Made by a program: the position numbers and the translations under genes. A stretch of 54,939 nucleotides of DNA from a virus: the UHGV virus genome UHGV-0223582; one strand, 5' to 3'. Below the pieces are notes generated by a model that ran no database searches, was not told where the DNA came from, and worked only from the letters and a program-made list of their open reading frames with translations. This document shows positions 26,489 through 35,355 of the stretch, in pieces (within the stretch, counting starts at the first letter, position 1; every line of letters starts with the position of its first letter).

Positions 26489-26726
26489 AGTCCTTGCATT
26501 CAGCGTCTTTGCCACAGCCGAGAAGAGTGTAAATATCTCCGTAGTAACCAGTTGGCTTTAATACCGAATAAGCGCATTGGAAGCAGTACAATCCTTTGCA
26601 TTTGGGAAGAGATGCTTTGCTTATCAATGCACTCTCTCTGGTTTTGCTTCGCTCAACCTTCAATTCGGCTTCCAATTCTGAAATTCTTCGCCTTAATGCT
26701 CTATTGCTTTGAAGCAACCATTTCAC
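26406..26726 (-). CDS. hypothetical protein
   Basis: 106 aa, GAGGTG RBS. Confidence 0.5.
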   Translation of the reverse strand: MKWLLQSNRALRRRISELEAELKVERSKTRESALISKASLPKCKGLYCFQCAYSVLKPTGYYGDIYTLLGCGKDAECKDFTPVYSQTKIESCPSYQQAMQSGLMPR

Positions 26727-26815
26727 CTCTCATTCTAGCTCCCGCCCCCTCAAGGGCGGTCTTCTTTGTCTCATCCAGTGAAGTCCGCAGAGGTCAAAAT
26801 CCAAGAAAGAAAATT

Positions 26816-27031
26816 TTAATCTTTTGACCCGTTTGGGAAACATGCACCTGCTTCAAGGGCCATCTCCGCTGCGGCGAGGATGGCTTTTGAATATGCCACG
26901 CTCCGTTGGTTCCCGATTTGAAGGATAGCGATGATGGCGTTTGCCTTGTCGGCTCCTTCATCGCCAAGACGCTCTCTTACTTCTTTTTCGTAAGAAGGAA
27001 ATGCATCAAATCTTTCTTTTGCTGTGCTCAT
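26816..27031 (-). CDS. hypothetical early protein
   Basis: 71 aa, AGGAGGTG RBS, follows cro. Confidence 0.65.
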   Translation of the reverse strand: MSTAKERFDAFPSYEKEVRERLGDEGADKANAIIAILQIGNQRSVAYSKAILAAAEMALEAGACFPNGSKD

Positions 27032-27049
27032 GTTGTATCACCTCCTACC

Positions 27050-27247
27050 TCACTCGCCCTTCTCCGAAAGAAGCTCGTCTACCGTCACACCGTAAAGTTT
27101 CGCAATTTCAGGAAGCATATTTGCCCTTGGAAGCGACCCGCCCTGTTCTCGTTCCCATAAACAAACAGCGGAATCAGAAATACCAAGTCTATTTCCAACC
27201 TCTCGCTGAGAAAGACCAGCTTTCTCCCGAAACTCCTTAAATTTCAA
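27050..27247 (-). CDS. Cro-like XRE HTH repressor
   Basis: REKAGLSQREVG..LGIS.SAV..WE...IAKLYGVTVDELL; divergent from CI. Confidence 0.88.
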   Translation of the reverse strand: MKFKEFREKAGLSQREVGNRLGISDSAVCLWEREQGGSLPRANMLPEIAKLYGVTVDELLSEKGE

Positions 27248-27275
27248 AAATTCACCCCCAAACGCTTAATATTAC

Positions 27276-27440
27276 TTGACATTTTAGGCTGCACCGCTTA
27301 ATATTGAGTTGTCGGAACAATAGTAAACGATGCAGCCCAGTATTAAGTGGGCCTGATTTTTTGCGGCCTTTCCACTTAACAATGTTAAGTATAAGGTATA
27401 TCCAGCTTAATGTCAAGGCCCTTTTCTTAATTTTATTAAG
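27276..27440. promoter_or_regulatory. lysis/lysogeny switch: face-to-face promoters and palindromic operators
   Basis: + TTGACA(27276)-N17-TAATAT; - TTGACA(27416)-N17-TATACT; ACTTAAC-AAT-GTTAAGT (27374-27390) and CTTAAT-TTT-ATTAAG (27426-27440). Confidence 0.7.
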
Positions 27441-27460
27441 TTCGTTTTTGGAGGAGCCAC

Positions 27461-27802
27461 ATGGATATATTTTTCATGCTTTCCCAAATTGATAAACTAT
27501 GCAGAGAACATCACATGACAAAAGCAGAATTTTATGAAAAGGTCGGCATAACAGCATCCGCGGTGTCTCAATGGAGAAATGGGAAAACAGAACCAGCTGA
27601 AACTACAATTTATAGAATCGCAGATTTGTTCAATGTTGACGCGAATTTTCTGACCAGAGAGCAAAATAATCCCGACCCCCAAACGGGAGCCGGGATGGAC
27701 GATTTGACAAAAGATATTTTGAGTGAACTTGAAGGGATGAGCCACGCAGAAATGCTTCTTGTAAAAGAAAGAATTCAAAAAATCAAGGAGTCCAGAGAAT
27801 GA
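27461..27802 (+). CDS. CI-like XRE HTH repressor without S24 peptidase domain
   Basis: GITASAVSQWRNGKTEP...IADLFNVD; only 113 aa. Confidence 0.85.
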   Translation: MDIFFMLSQIDKLCREHHMTKAEFYEKVGITASAVSQWRNGKTEPAETTIYRIADLFNVDANFLTREQNNPDPQTGAGMDDLTKDILSELEGMSHAEMLLVKERIQKIKESRE

Positions 27803-27981
27803 GAACTGAACGAGTAGTTACAAAAAATCGAGACGAGGAATCGACCTCCAAAATCATCCAGAGTTTTATTAATCTTGGTTGGGCTTATACCGGGATTTCG
27901 GAGCTTGGTAATGGCTATATCCTCAGATTTGATTGGGATAAAGAGACTCCGGCAGTTTATCCAAAAAGTCATTGGGATTGA
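27799..27981 (+). CDS. small hypothetical protein co-transcribed with CI
   Basis: ATGA overlap with CI stop. Confidence 0.5.
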   Translation: MRTERVVTKNRDEESTSKIIQSFINLGWAYTGISELGNGYILRFDWDKETPAVYPKSHWD

Positions 27982-28225
27982 ATGGCTCACTGTTGAACGC
28001 TTTTCGACCAGACTGCTCAATCCCTGACAGCCACTTTTCTGCTTCTTCTCGTGTTCTCTTTTTTGGCTTATCTGGGTAGAAAAGTCCATAGCACCCAGAC
28101 TCATAACCGAACATTTGCGGACAGAGAATACAATTCCATTCTCCGGTCTGAATGCGATCAATCACTTCCTCTCGGTTGTTCGTGAAAATCATATCCGGTT
28201 CAATGTATTGGTAGCTGATATTCAT
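27923..28225 (-). CDS. hypothetical protein (second gene of putative SOS-controlled operon)
   Basis: AAGGAG RBS, ATGA coupling to upstream 53-aa ORF. Confidence 0.6.
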   Translation of the reverse strand: MNISYQYIEPDMIFTNNREEVIDRIQTGEWNCILCPQMFGYESGCYGLFYPDKPKKRTREEAEKWLSGIEQSGRKAFNSEPFNPNDFLDKLPESLYPNQI

Positions 28226-28383
28226 TGAGCTATCTCCTTACTTGATTTCATTTCTTTAATCCAGTACAAAAGAGTTTCTTTTTCTTCCTTTGTAAGATCT
28301 ATTATAGAAGATTTGATAATGATTTTCAATTCTTCTTCAGTTTCATTGAGCAATTCACCGCACGTTACATCTTGTTTATCCAT
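28222..28383 (-). CDS. 53-aa protein, candidate LexA-controlled antirepressor
   Basis: MDKQDVTCGELLNETEEELK..., AAGGAG RBS, SOS box upstream. Confidence 0.55.
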   Translation of the reverse strand: MDKQDVTCGELLNETEEELKIIIKSSIIDLTKEEKETLLYWIKEMKSSKEIAQ

Positions 28384-28412
28384 CTTCCAGTTGCTCCTTC
28401 TACAAAAATATA

Positions 28413-28424
28413 GAACATAAGTTC
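28413..28424. promoter_or_regulatory. Firmicutes-type LexA (SOS) box
   Basis: GAAC-ATAA-GTTC just downstream of minus-strand TGnTATAAT (28442-28437). Confidence 0.6.
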
Positions 28425-28659
28425 CCTTTTGAAATTATTATAGCAGGGCACTTTAGAAATTTCTATTCGCATTTTATCAAGTTTTTGATGTCTCGTTTTG
28501 GTGCCAGTCTATATGTTGTATTGTAAGCAGATAGAATATCCACATACTGGAAAATTTATTTTTGTATTTTGTCCAATAAGAATATAAAAAACGCCCGGTG
28601 CTGGAACACCGAACGGGGTAAAGGGGCGGCAAAATTTGGCGACTCACTATGGAGGGTAA

Positions 28660-29733
28660 ATGTCAATGGAATGTGCAAAATGTAAAGCAACTTTGCCAAA
28701 TGGTGCATTGTATTGTCCTATGTGTGGGAAAAAGCAGATCTCAGAAAAGAGAAAAGCTTTGAAGCGCGCCAACAGGACGGGCACCGTCTATAAGCTGCAG
28801 GGGCGAAGAAAACGCCCCTGGGTGGCCGCGAAGAATAAAGTGATCATTGGATACTACGAGCGAAAAACGGACGCTTTGGAGGCTCTTGAGCACCTATCTG
28901 GGAAAGATCTGAGCGAGCGTTATAATATGACATTTTCAGAAGTTTTTCAGGGATGGCGTGAGGAACATTATAAAACTATTACGAAGAGCGGTATAGCATC
29001 CTATAACATCGCCTTCAAGGTATTTGCACCGCTACACAATAGAAAATTTAGAGACTTACGTACTGCAGATTTCCAAGCAGAAATAGACAAACACATTGGA
29101 AAATCTTACTCTACTTTGTCAAAACACAAACAACTCATTACTCAAATGTATCAATGGGCCATCCGGGAAGAAATATGCACAACAAATTTCGCAAAGTTTG
29201 TCCAACTTCCAGAGAACAAGAAGAAAGAAAAAGAAATTTTTTCAGACGAAGAAATCAAAAAGCTTGAAGAAGACGGAAGCGAAGCAGCAAGGATCGTCCT
29301 CATGCTCTTGGCAACTGGTATGCGCATTGGGGAGCTATTTTCGCTTCCGCTAAAAGACTACCACGGAACATATGTCGTTGGAGGCTCTAAAACCGAAGCC
29401 GGCAGAAACCGGATCATACCAATTCGTCCAGAAGGTAGAGCACATTTCGAGTATTTTTCCCGGCAAGCAGATGGACCACTGCTACTTTCTGGATACACAG
29501 GCCAAAAGGTATATACTAATTATCGAAAGCGGGATTATTACCCACTGTTAGATAAGCTTGGAATTAAGCGCAAAACGCCTCATGCAACCAGGCACACATA
29601 CACATCCAGAGCAGTTAAAGAAGGTATGCCCCCAGAGATCCTTCAAAAAATTCTTGGCCATGCAGACTACTCTACCACGGCAAATGTTTATACCCACATC
29701 GATATTGAAACATTGGTGAAGTCTGTTGAATAA
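28660..29733 (+). CDS. int: tyrosine integrase
   Basis: TGMRIGEL, KTEAGRNR.IP, HATRHT, LGHADYSTT.NVYTH; N-terminal zinc ribbon. Confidence 0.95.
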   Translation: MSMECAKCKATLPNGALYCPMCGKKQISEKRKALKRANRTGTVYKLQGRRKRPWVAAKNKVIIGYYERKTDALEALEHLSGKDLSERYNMTFSEVFQGWREEHYKTITKSGIASYNIAFKVFAPLHNRKFRDLRTADFQAEIDKHIGKSYSTLSKHKQLITQMYQWAIREEICTTNFAKFVQLPENKKKEKEIFSDEEIKKLEEDGSEAARIVLMLLATGMRIGELFSLPLKDYHGTYVVGGSKTEAGRNRIIPIRPEGRAHFEYFSRQADGPLLLSGYTGQKVYTNYRKRDYYPLLDKLGIKRKTPHATRHTYTSRAVKEGMPPEILQKILGHADYSTTANVYTHIDIETLVKSVE

Positions 29734-29739
29734 ATCACG

Positions 29740-29990
29740 GTTACTAACGCGTTACTAACAAATCATTTTCAGAAGAAAAGAAGAAAACCCAGAAACCATT
29801 GCGGTTTCCGGGTTTTTCTGGTGGAGAATACAGGACTCGAACCTGTGACCCCCTGCACGTCAAATATATTCAGCTTATATACAAGGTTGTTCGAAAATGA
29901 TTTTCCTTGATTTATCAATGGTTTTTTGCAATTCAAATCATTATAAATCATCTAAAAACACTTTGGGTTACTAACAAATTACTAACAAAT
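29740..29990. mobile_element. attP: core = 3' half of tRNA-Val(GAC) (29819-29863) with flanking arm-type repeats
   Basis: minus strand TTGACGTGCAGGGGGTCACAGGTTCGAGTCCTGTATTCTCCACCA; (G/A)TTACTAAC pairs at 29740/29751 and 29967/29978. Confidence 0.85.
29785..29818. terminator. bidirectional intrinsic terminator next to att core
   Basis: AAAACCCAGAAACC...GGTTTCCGGGTTTT hairpin. Confidence 0.65.
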
Positions 29991-30010
29991 CGAACTCAGA
30001 GATGAGCTTT

Positions 30011-30709
30011 TTACTCTACAATATTTTCGTAGTATTCTGCCAGTTTGTCCGGTACAGCATCTTTATCTTTCAGCCAAAAAGCAATTGCAGAGTCTACATA
30101 GAAATCGATCGTATTGACTCCATGCTTTTTATTGACAGCGCACCGATCACTGTACTCCGCATTCATCGCAACCCAGAGTTTCAAGGGATCGCAGTCCAGC
30201 CCCTTTTGAGAGATCAGCTGCTTTACCTGGTCAAGAGACCAATGACCTCCGGTGCTTCCATCTTCGTTCTGCATCTCTGATACCCACTCTTCTGCCATTT
30301 TCTTATTAAACGATACAGGCGCACCGGACGCATAACCAGAAGTCATTTTCCCGTAACGGCCATAATCCATTTCCGGGAAATCTTTGTGGTTAGCATCACT
30401 TCGATAGTTCTTTTCAATTTCAGGCCGACTGTAGTTCTCTCCTGCAGAAAAGCCGATCTTATTCATTGGGCGATACCTCCCGTCATTCTCGTGGTGCTCT
30501 CTATAAACGGGCGGCATATATTCATTTCTCATAGGCGCATAACGCCCATTGTCGTAATGCTCACGTCCTCTGTCATCCCGAAACCGGCCTTCGATCCAGG
30601 CGCCCCAATCGTCACGAGGGTAATACTCATGGGAAAATGAATCATAGTCATATCCACGTTCGTTTCTTTTCTCACGGTTCATCATGAGCATTTTCGTTAA
30701 ACCCTTCAT
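30011..30709 (-). CDS. conserved hypothetical cargo protein
   Basis: low-complexity R/D/Y N-terminus; AEEWV..M.NEDGS.G.HW...AMNAEYSD...WL.DKDA..DKL..YY C-domain. Confidence 0.75.
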   Translation of the reverse strand: MKGLTKMLMMNREKRNERGYDYDSFSHEYYPRDDWGAWIEGRFRDDRGREHYDNGRYAPMRNEYMPPVYREHHENDGRYRPMNKIGFSAGENYSRPEIEKNYRSDANHKDFPEMDYGRYGKMTSGYASGAPVSFNKKMAEEWVSEMQNEDGSTGGHWSLDQVKQLISQKGLDCDPLKLWVAMNAEYSDRCAVNKKHGVNTIDFYVDSAIAFWLKDKDAVPDKLAEYYENIVE

Positions 30710-31137
30710 TTAGAAACCTCCCTTACAGCAGCTGTAGGAACAACTGTACTTCCACCATCGATGGAAGTCAGGTTGTTATTGGGAGCGCAGCAAGGACTTC
30801 CAAGCATGCGGAAAGATCCTCCTGTTGGCGTTGTCACAACACATACGGAATACCGCGTGCGGGTACGAATGCCGCAGGCGGTAACCTGTGCACAATTTCG
30901 CTTTGTCAGTGGGTAAAGAGTGGTTCCTGTACCGATAGTAATATACACCGGGGCATTAATAGTTGCAGCATCAGGGATACTCTGTGCAACAACGATACAG
31001 TATTTCTCCCCATTGTTGTAGGAACCGGCGGGCAGATTAATCTCCAAGTTTCCACCGGTAAAAGCGACAGCCTGGGACAACACCAGGTGATTGCAAAGTT
31101 TGCATACAGGTTTGCAAGACATATATTTTACCTCCAA
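30706..31137 (-). CDS. Cys-rich beta-sandwich hypothetical protein
   Basis: CKPVCKLC...LPAGSY.NGEKYCIVVAQ...RTRTRY. Confidence 0.75.
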   Translation of the reverse strand: MEVKYMSCKPVCKLCNHLVLSQAVAFTGGNLEINLPAGSYNNGEKYCIVVAQSIPDAATINAPVYITIGTGTTLYPLTKRNCAQVTACGIRTRTRYSVCVVTTPTGGSFRMLGSPCCAPNNNLTSIDGGSTVVPTAAVREVSK

Positions 31138-31225
31138 AAATCAGGGGCGGCGAACATCAGCTCACCGCCCCGAAATCGTCACGGCAAAGCCGGAATTACC
31201 ATATTGGTAAAGTCAACAAAATTGT

Positions 31226-31984
31226 TCAGCAGCCACAGCCGCAACCGTTGTTATAGGCACCGCAATAGGGGTAGGGTGCAGGAACCTGATAGGCAGGTAC
31301 AGGCATGGGGTTGATCCGGCGAATCAGCTCAGAGGTCTGCGCGTCCAAAGTCGCCGTCAAATAGCTGTTCTGGTTAGCCTGAGAAGCAGCCAACTTGAGA
31401 GACTGATTCTCTGCCTGCAGGCTGGAGATCTTATCCTGAGTCAGGAAATCCAGAATCGCACGGGTGTTGGCATTCTGTCCGTCGATGATATCCCGTGTAG
31501 TGGACTGGATCAGATTGCGGGTATCGCAGGCCTGCGTAGCCATATCATACCGAACGCCCTGAATAGCAGTCTGCGTATCGCAGCAGCACTGTGCCATCTG
31601 TGCACCGAGCGAATTGAAGCCCATCTGCGTCTGATACCCCAGATTGCACACTGCAGTGTCCACACCGTGGAAACCATTGTTAATGCTGTTGTTCAGTGCA
31701 AAGGTGCTGTCACAAATGCCCTGCTGAATACCACGGACGCCATTCTGCAGGTCATTGAAATTGAACTCACTGCACAGATCCGCACGTGTCAATGCACCCT
31801 GACCAGCCGGACTGTTGATGCCGCCGTTACCGCCGAATCCGCCCCAGCCGCCGTTGCCCCAGCCGAAGATCATAGCAAAGAGGATAATGGCCCACCAGCC
31901 ATCTCCGCCCCACATACCATTTCCGTTCCCATTGTTGCTGTCTTGACCAAGCGCATAGCCCAAAGCCATAGAATCATCAGCCAT
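31226..31984 (-). CDS. Gly-rich membrane-anchored coiled-coil protein with CCC motif
   Basis: GGDGWWAIILFAMIFGWG TM segment, AQCCCD, C-terminal P.PVPAY...GCGC. Confidence 0.8.
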   Translation of the reverse strand: MADDSMALGYALGQDSNNGNGNGMWGGDGWWAIILFAMIFGWGNGGWGGFGGNGGINSPAGQGALTRADLCSEFNFNDLQNGVRGIQQGICDSTFALNNSINNGFHGVDTAVCNLGYQTQMGFNSLGAQMAQCCCDTQTAIQGVRYDMATQACDTRNLIQSTTRDIIDGQNANTRAILDFLTQDKISSLQAENQSLKLAASQANQNSYLTATLDAQTSELIRRINPMPVPAYQVPAPYPYCGAYNNGCGCGC

Positions 31985-32098
31985 AATTTTATCTCCTTTT
32001 CCGTTATATCACATCGGCCTGCGCACTGCCGAATGTGTCAAAATCACACTCGGTTTTTATCAAGGCCGAAAACTGAAAAGTGAGAATGCTTAAGTCTG

Positions 32099-32350
32099 TT
32101 ATCTCTTCCCGCCTCTTGGGAATGTGTTCTGCATCTGCTTTATAAACTGGTCAAGATCAATCCCGCGTTCTTTGGCAATGTTTTCTGCCATACTGCAAAG
32201 TTGATTTGAATTTTTTCCACGGATCATCTGATTAAATTGCTGCACTTGCGGATTGTTTCTTCCCATTTGATCAAAAAATGACATTGGGTTTCCACCGCCC
32301 TGCATCATCTGCATAAGCATTTGCATGGGATTATTCGGCATCGGCATCAT
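32099..32350 (-). CDS. Met/Gln/Asn-rich hypothetical protein
   Basis: NPMQMLMQMM...NIAKERGID. Confidence 0.7.
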   Translation of the reverse strand: MMPMPNNPMQMLMQMMQGGGNPMSFFDQMGRNNPQVQQFNQMIRGKNSNQLCSMAENIAKERGIDLDQFIKQMQNTFPRGGKR

Positions 32351-32768
32351 TTCCCTTTACCACCTTTCCACGCTTTTTCAATTTTTCAATTTCCGATTGG
32401 AGTCCAGAAATCTTTTCCTGCAATTCCTGGATATCCTTAGACGAAGCGTAATCAGGGGCAGCCTGTTCCTGTTCAGCGCGGAACGTAAAAATATCTGAAG
32501 CACCAGTTTGATTGTTAAAACGCTTCAAATAAATTTCACCTTTGGCCAGATTCGGCATTAACGTACCCTGATTAAAAAAATCGATTTGGCTTGCAATCGC
32601 TTCCTCACGGCTTGTAACAGGCCTTACATTGAAGGTAGGTAAATTCACCTGCGGTTGAGTAGATGGCTGCTGCTGAGCCTGCTGCGTCATCTGCGGTGCA
32701 TATTGAGGCTGAATCGAGGGAGGAATTTGAGCGTAATTTGGATATCCTCCATAATTATAAAAATTCAT
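32331..32768 (-). CDS. Gln/Pro-rich hypothetical protein
   Basis: RPVTSREEA...IYLKRFN..TG; C-terminal coiled coil. Confidence 0.75.
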   Translation of the reverse strand: MNFYNYGGYPNYAQIPPSIQPQYAPQMTQQAQQQPSTQPQVNLPTFNVRPVTSREEAIASQIDFFNQGTLMPNLAKGEIYLKRFNNQTGASDIFTFRAEQEQAAPDYASSKDIQELQEKISGLQSEIEKLKKRGKVVKGNDADAE

Positions 32769-32929
32769 AACTCCACTCCTGCGTCATGATAAGTTTCTGC
32801 AGATTGAATAAATGATTCCAGCGCAGCCCAATCTTCAACTGAGGCATATTTCTGACAAATATCCGTCGCATTTGATTCTGTAAAACCACATCGCACTAAA
32901 CGGCTAATTAATTCTCTTCCATTTTCCAT
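32765..32929 (-). CDS. small hypothetical protein
   Basis: 54 aa MENGRELISRLVRCGF..., ATGA coupling to next gene. Confidence 0.55.
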   Translation of the reverse strand: MENGRELISRLVRCGFTESNATDICQKYASVEDWAALESFIQSAETYHDAGVEL

Positions 32930-33075
32930 TTGAACACGTCCTTATGTAAAAAATAAGGAGGATCGTGAGGAGGGTGGCGACGTGTACCAACCCTAAATCC
33001 CCACGTCCTCCATGCCTATATTGTCGCAGAAAAATACCCCGGCTGGGGTTGATCCCAGTCGGGGTTATGTATGAT

Positions 33076-33327
33076 TTATGTTTGATTTGTGTAGAGACTT
33101 TTGGCTACGTCAGCAACTCTTTGGAATACATATTTTTCGTGGGTACTCACAGCGCCACGATACCAGCCCAGCTCCGCTGCTACATCAATCTGATCCCATT
33201 TATCAATAATTCTTCGCTTGGCAATCAGTTCGTCATCCTTGTGCAAAGCCGATTCGTAGATTGCCTTTTCGAGCTGAGAGCGCAAAAGCTTTCCCAGCGG
33301 TTCCGGTAATTTTACTCTTGCGCTCAT
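33076..33327 (-). CDS. small HTH regulator (sigma-70 region 4-like)
   Basis: IAKRRIIDKWDQIDVAAELGWYRGAVS HTH; precedes cargo cassette. Confidence 0.6.
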   Translation of the reverse strand: MSARVKLPEPLGKLLRSQLEKAIYESALHKDDELIAKRRIIDKWDQIDVAAELGWYRGAVSTHEKYVFQRVADVAKSLYTNQT

Positions 33328-33342
33328 AATCCACGTCCTTTC

Positions 33343-34032
33343 TTATCTCATCGCCTTTGCCAACTTTACCATCAGATCTTCCCCGTACTTGTAAGCACCG
33401 AGGAACTGAATCGTATACGCATCCAGCCCCGCCTTGTCCATAATAATTTTCTTTGCCTCGTCCGTAGTCATGGTTTGCACCTCCCCTTTATATGCAATGC
33501 CCAGCGTTTTCAAAATACCTTTGGAATATGCCGCAGCGAACGTTCTGCGCTTTTCCTCCGTATTGATCTTCTGCGCGTCCGCACTGTCAATGAACGCGCA
33601 TTCCAGAATCACCGCAGGGCACTTTGTCTGACGGATAAAGCCGAAATAATCCTTGCCCGCACTGTTCGCTCTGGTTTTCAATCCCCGGCTTTTCTGCCCG
33701 ATCTTGATGACTTCTGCTTCGATGTTCTGCGCCATTACCTTGCCTTGGCCGCCGCTCAGGGTGTGATAGGCCTCAAAGCCTTCCCCGCCGCCGGCGTTGG
33801 TGTGGATGTCCACCGCATACTCCGGCGCGAATGCGTTGCACTCTTTCACCTCTTCGCTGGTGGGATCGTCCTCATCCACTGTTCGACTGATTCCAACTGT
33901 CACACCGTGGCGCTGCAATTCTTCCCGCAAATGCAGCGCAATGGAGAGATTGACCTCTTTTTCTTTCAGGCCGTTGCCCACAGCGCCGGCATCGCTTCCG
34001 CCATGCCCCACGCCAATAAATACCTTGCTCAC
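33343..34032 (-). CDS. endolysin, N-acetylmuramoyl-L-alanine amidase (Amidase_3)
   Basis: VFIGVGHGG.D.GA...EKEVNL, DIHTNAGGG.GFE, PAVILECAFID. Confidence 0.92.
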   Translation of the reverse strand: MSKVFIGVGHGGSDAGAVGNGLKEKEVNLSIALHLREELQRHGVTVGISRTVDEDDPTSEEVKECNAFAPEYAVDIHTNAGGGEGFEAYHTLSGGQGKVMAQNIEAEVIKIGQKSRGLKTRANSAGKDYFGFIRQTKCPAVILECAFIDSADAQKINTEEKRRTFAAAYSKGILKTLGIAYKGEVQTMTTDEAKKIIMDKAGLDAYTIQFLGAYKYGEDLMVKLAKAMR

Positions 34033-34077
34033 GTATCGCTCCTTTCCGGGCAGCAAAAAACCGCCCTGTCAAATGAG

Positions 34078-34208
34078 TTGACAAAAGCGGCTCTCTGCGA
34101 TAGAATAAAGCCAGTAAGAATGGCTGCCATTGCAGTGGCGGTCGTCCCTGTGCAAGTTTGTAGCTTGAAGGAAACGCCGCTCACCGCCTGGTGGGCGGTT
34201 ATTTCTTG
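34078..34208 (+). ncRNA. putative type I antitoxin RNA with its promoter
   Basis: TTGACA(34078)-N17-TAGAAT, ends at ACCGCC..GGCGGT hairpin convergent with toxin 3' end. Confidence 0.55.
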
Positions 34209-34288
34209 CGCATTGTGATCGTAACGATCAGAGTGGCAAGCGCGATCAACACAAGCGTGTATGTAAACATATCAGCAAATGTTACCAT
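34199..34288 (-). CDS. holin-like type I toxin peptide
   Basis: MVTFADMFTYTLVLIALATLIVTITMRKK, AGGAGGTG RBS, own TTGACA promoter at 34374. Confidence 0.7.
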   Translation of the reverse strand: MVTFADMFTYTLVLIALATLIVTITMRKK

Positions 34289-34402
34289 CGCCGCACCTCC
34301 TGTTGAGAAAGTGGACAACCTCGCCGCTCTTACTGGCTTTGCCTATCTTATCATATGTTTCCGCTTTTTGTCAATTTCTGCCGCCCTCATGGGGCGGCTT
34401 TT

Positions 34403-34669
34403 TCAATCGCTCTTTTTGGGGCAGGTATAGCGCAGCGCCTGCGCGCTGTCGCTGACTCCTGCGGTGGTCGGATCGATAAAGACCGCCAGTACCGCCAGCA
34501 CCACCGTCACAAGCTGCACCGGGTTTTTCAGCACGTCCACAATGTACCCGCCCAGGCTGTCCCAGCTCACAAACTGCTGTGGATCCACGCCGAGCGCCGT
34601 AATGATAATGGACACTACGCCTACCCAGAACCACGGGTTTTTCAGGCGAACCGGAACATTAACCTTCAT
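34403..34669 (-). CDS. holin (phiLC3 family)
   Basis: VNVPVRLKNPWFW...FIDPTTAGVSDS.QAL.Y..PK. Confidence 0.88.
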   Translation of the reverse strand: MKVNVPVRLKNPWFWVGVVSIIITALGVDPQQFVSWDSLGGYIVDVLKNPVQLVTVVLAVLAVFIDPTTAGVSDSAQALRYTCPKKSD

Positions 34670-35015
34670 TGTGTACCTCGATATGATCCCCCACCACAGC
34701 AAAGGTATAGCCTGCGATGTACAGCGTGGCCTTCGGCGCATTACCTTTCACATCAAAGCCCGTATCATAGTCCAGCTTGCCCGCTGTGACGTGCATCTTC
34801 TCCGGAGTGCCAATTCCATGATCCATGAAGCCGTATCCGCTCGTGCCCGCCGGCGTGCCGTCCGAGTGCGTCTGCGCCATCTCCGCGCCGGTGATCGCGT
34901 TCTTCATCGGATCTAGCCGCAGACCCACCGTGCACTCCGCCAGTCTCTTGTTGGCCTCTTCCACCGTGATCTCACCTTTGCTGTAGCTCAAAATAATTTC
35001 AGTTGCTTTTCCCAT
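34659..35015 (-). CDS. hypothetical protein
   Basis: MGKATEII..., AAGGAG RBS. Confidence 0.6.
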   Translation of the reverse strand: MGKATEIILSYSKGEITVEEANKRLAECTVGLRLDPMKNAITGAEMAQTHSDGTPAGTSGYGFMDHGIGTPEKMHVTAGKLDYDTGFDVKGNAPKATLYIAGYTFAVVGDHIEVHNEG

Positions 35016-35067
35016 TGTTTCGTTCTCCTTTGTAATATATTTTACGGGCAATGCCCGCAATAAACTT

Positions 35068-35343
35068 TTAATGACGCCTCTCCAAATTGCGGATGCGTCC
35101 TTCGTGTTCCGTCAGTTTCTTTTCATGCTCATTGATTTGCTTGTCCTGTTCGTCGTTATGGCTCCAAATCCGTTTGTGGCTCTCCCGGCTGTGCTCTTCC
35201 TGTTCCTTGACATCCGCCCGGAGCTGCTCCACTACCGCCGTCAGCGTTGTAATCGTGCTGGTCAATGTAATGATCGGGCGGACAACCGCAATACCAAAGG
35301 TGCCGAGCGTAATCAGCACCACTACTACACCCCATTCCGTCAA
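35068..35343 (-). CDS. membrane-anchored coiled-coil lysis-module protein (XhlA/holin-like)
   Basis: N-terminal TM helix, HE.RI..LE C-terminus. Confidence 0.65.
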   Translation of the reverse strand: MTEWGVVVVLITLGTFGIAVVRPIITLTSTITTLTAVVEQLRADVKEQEEHSRESHKRIWSHNDEQDKQINEHEKKLTEHEGRIRNLERRH

Positions 35344-35355
35344 GTGCGTCCCCCC

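Noticed and set aside
28506..28521. Single NrdR-box-like sequence upstream of the integrase
   Set aside because: Weaker match with no phased partner in an AT-rich region; may be chance
29819..29863. Functional phage tRNA-Val gene
   Set aside because: Only the 3' half is present; it is the att core
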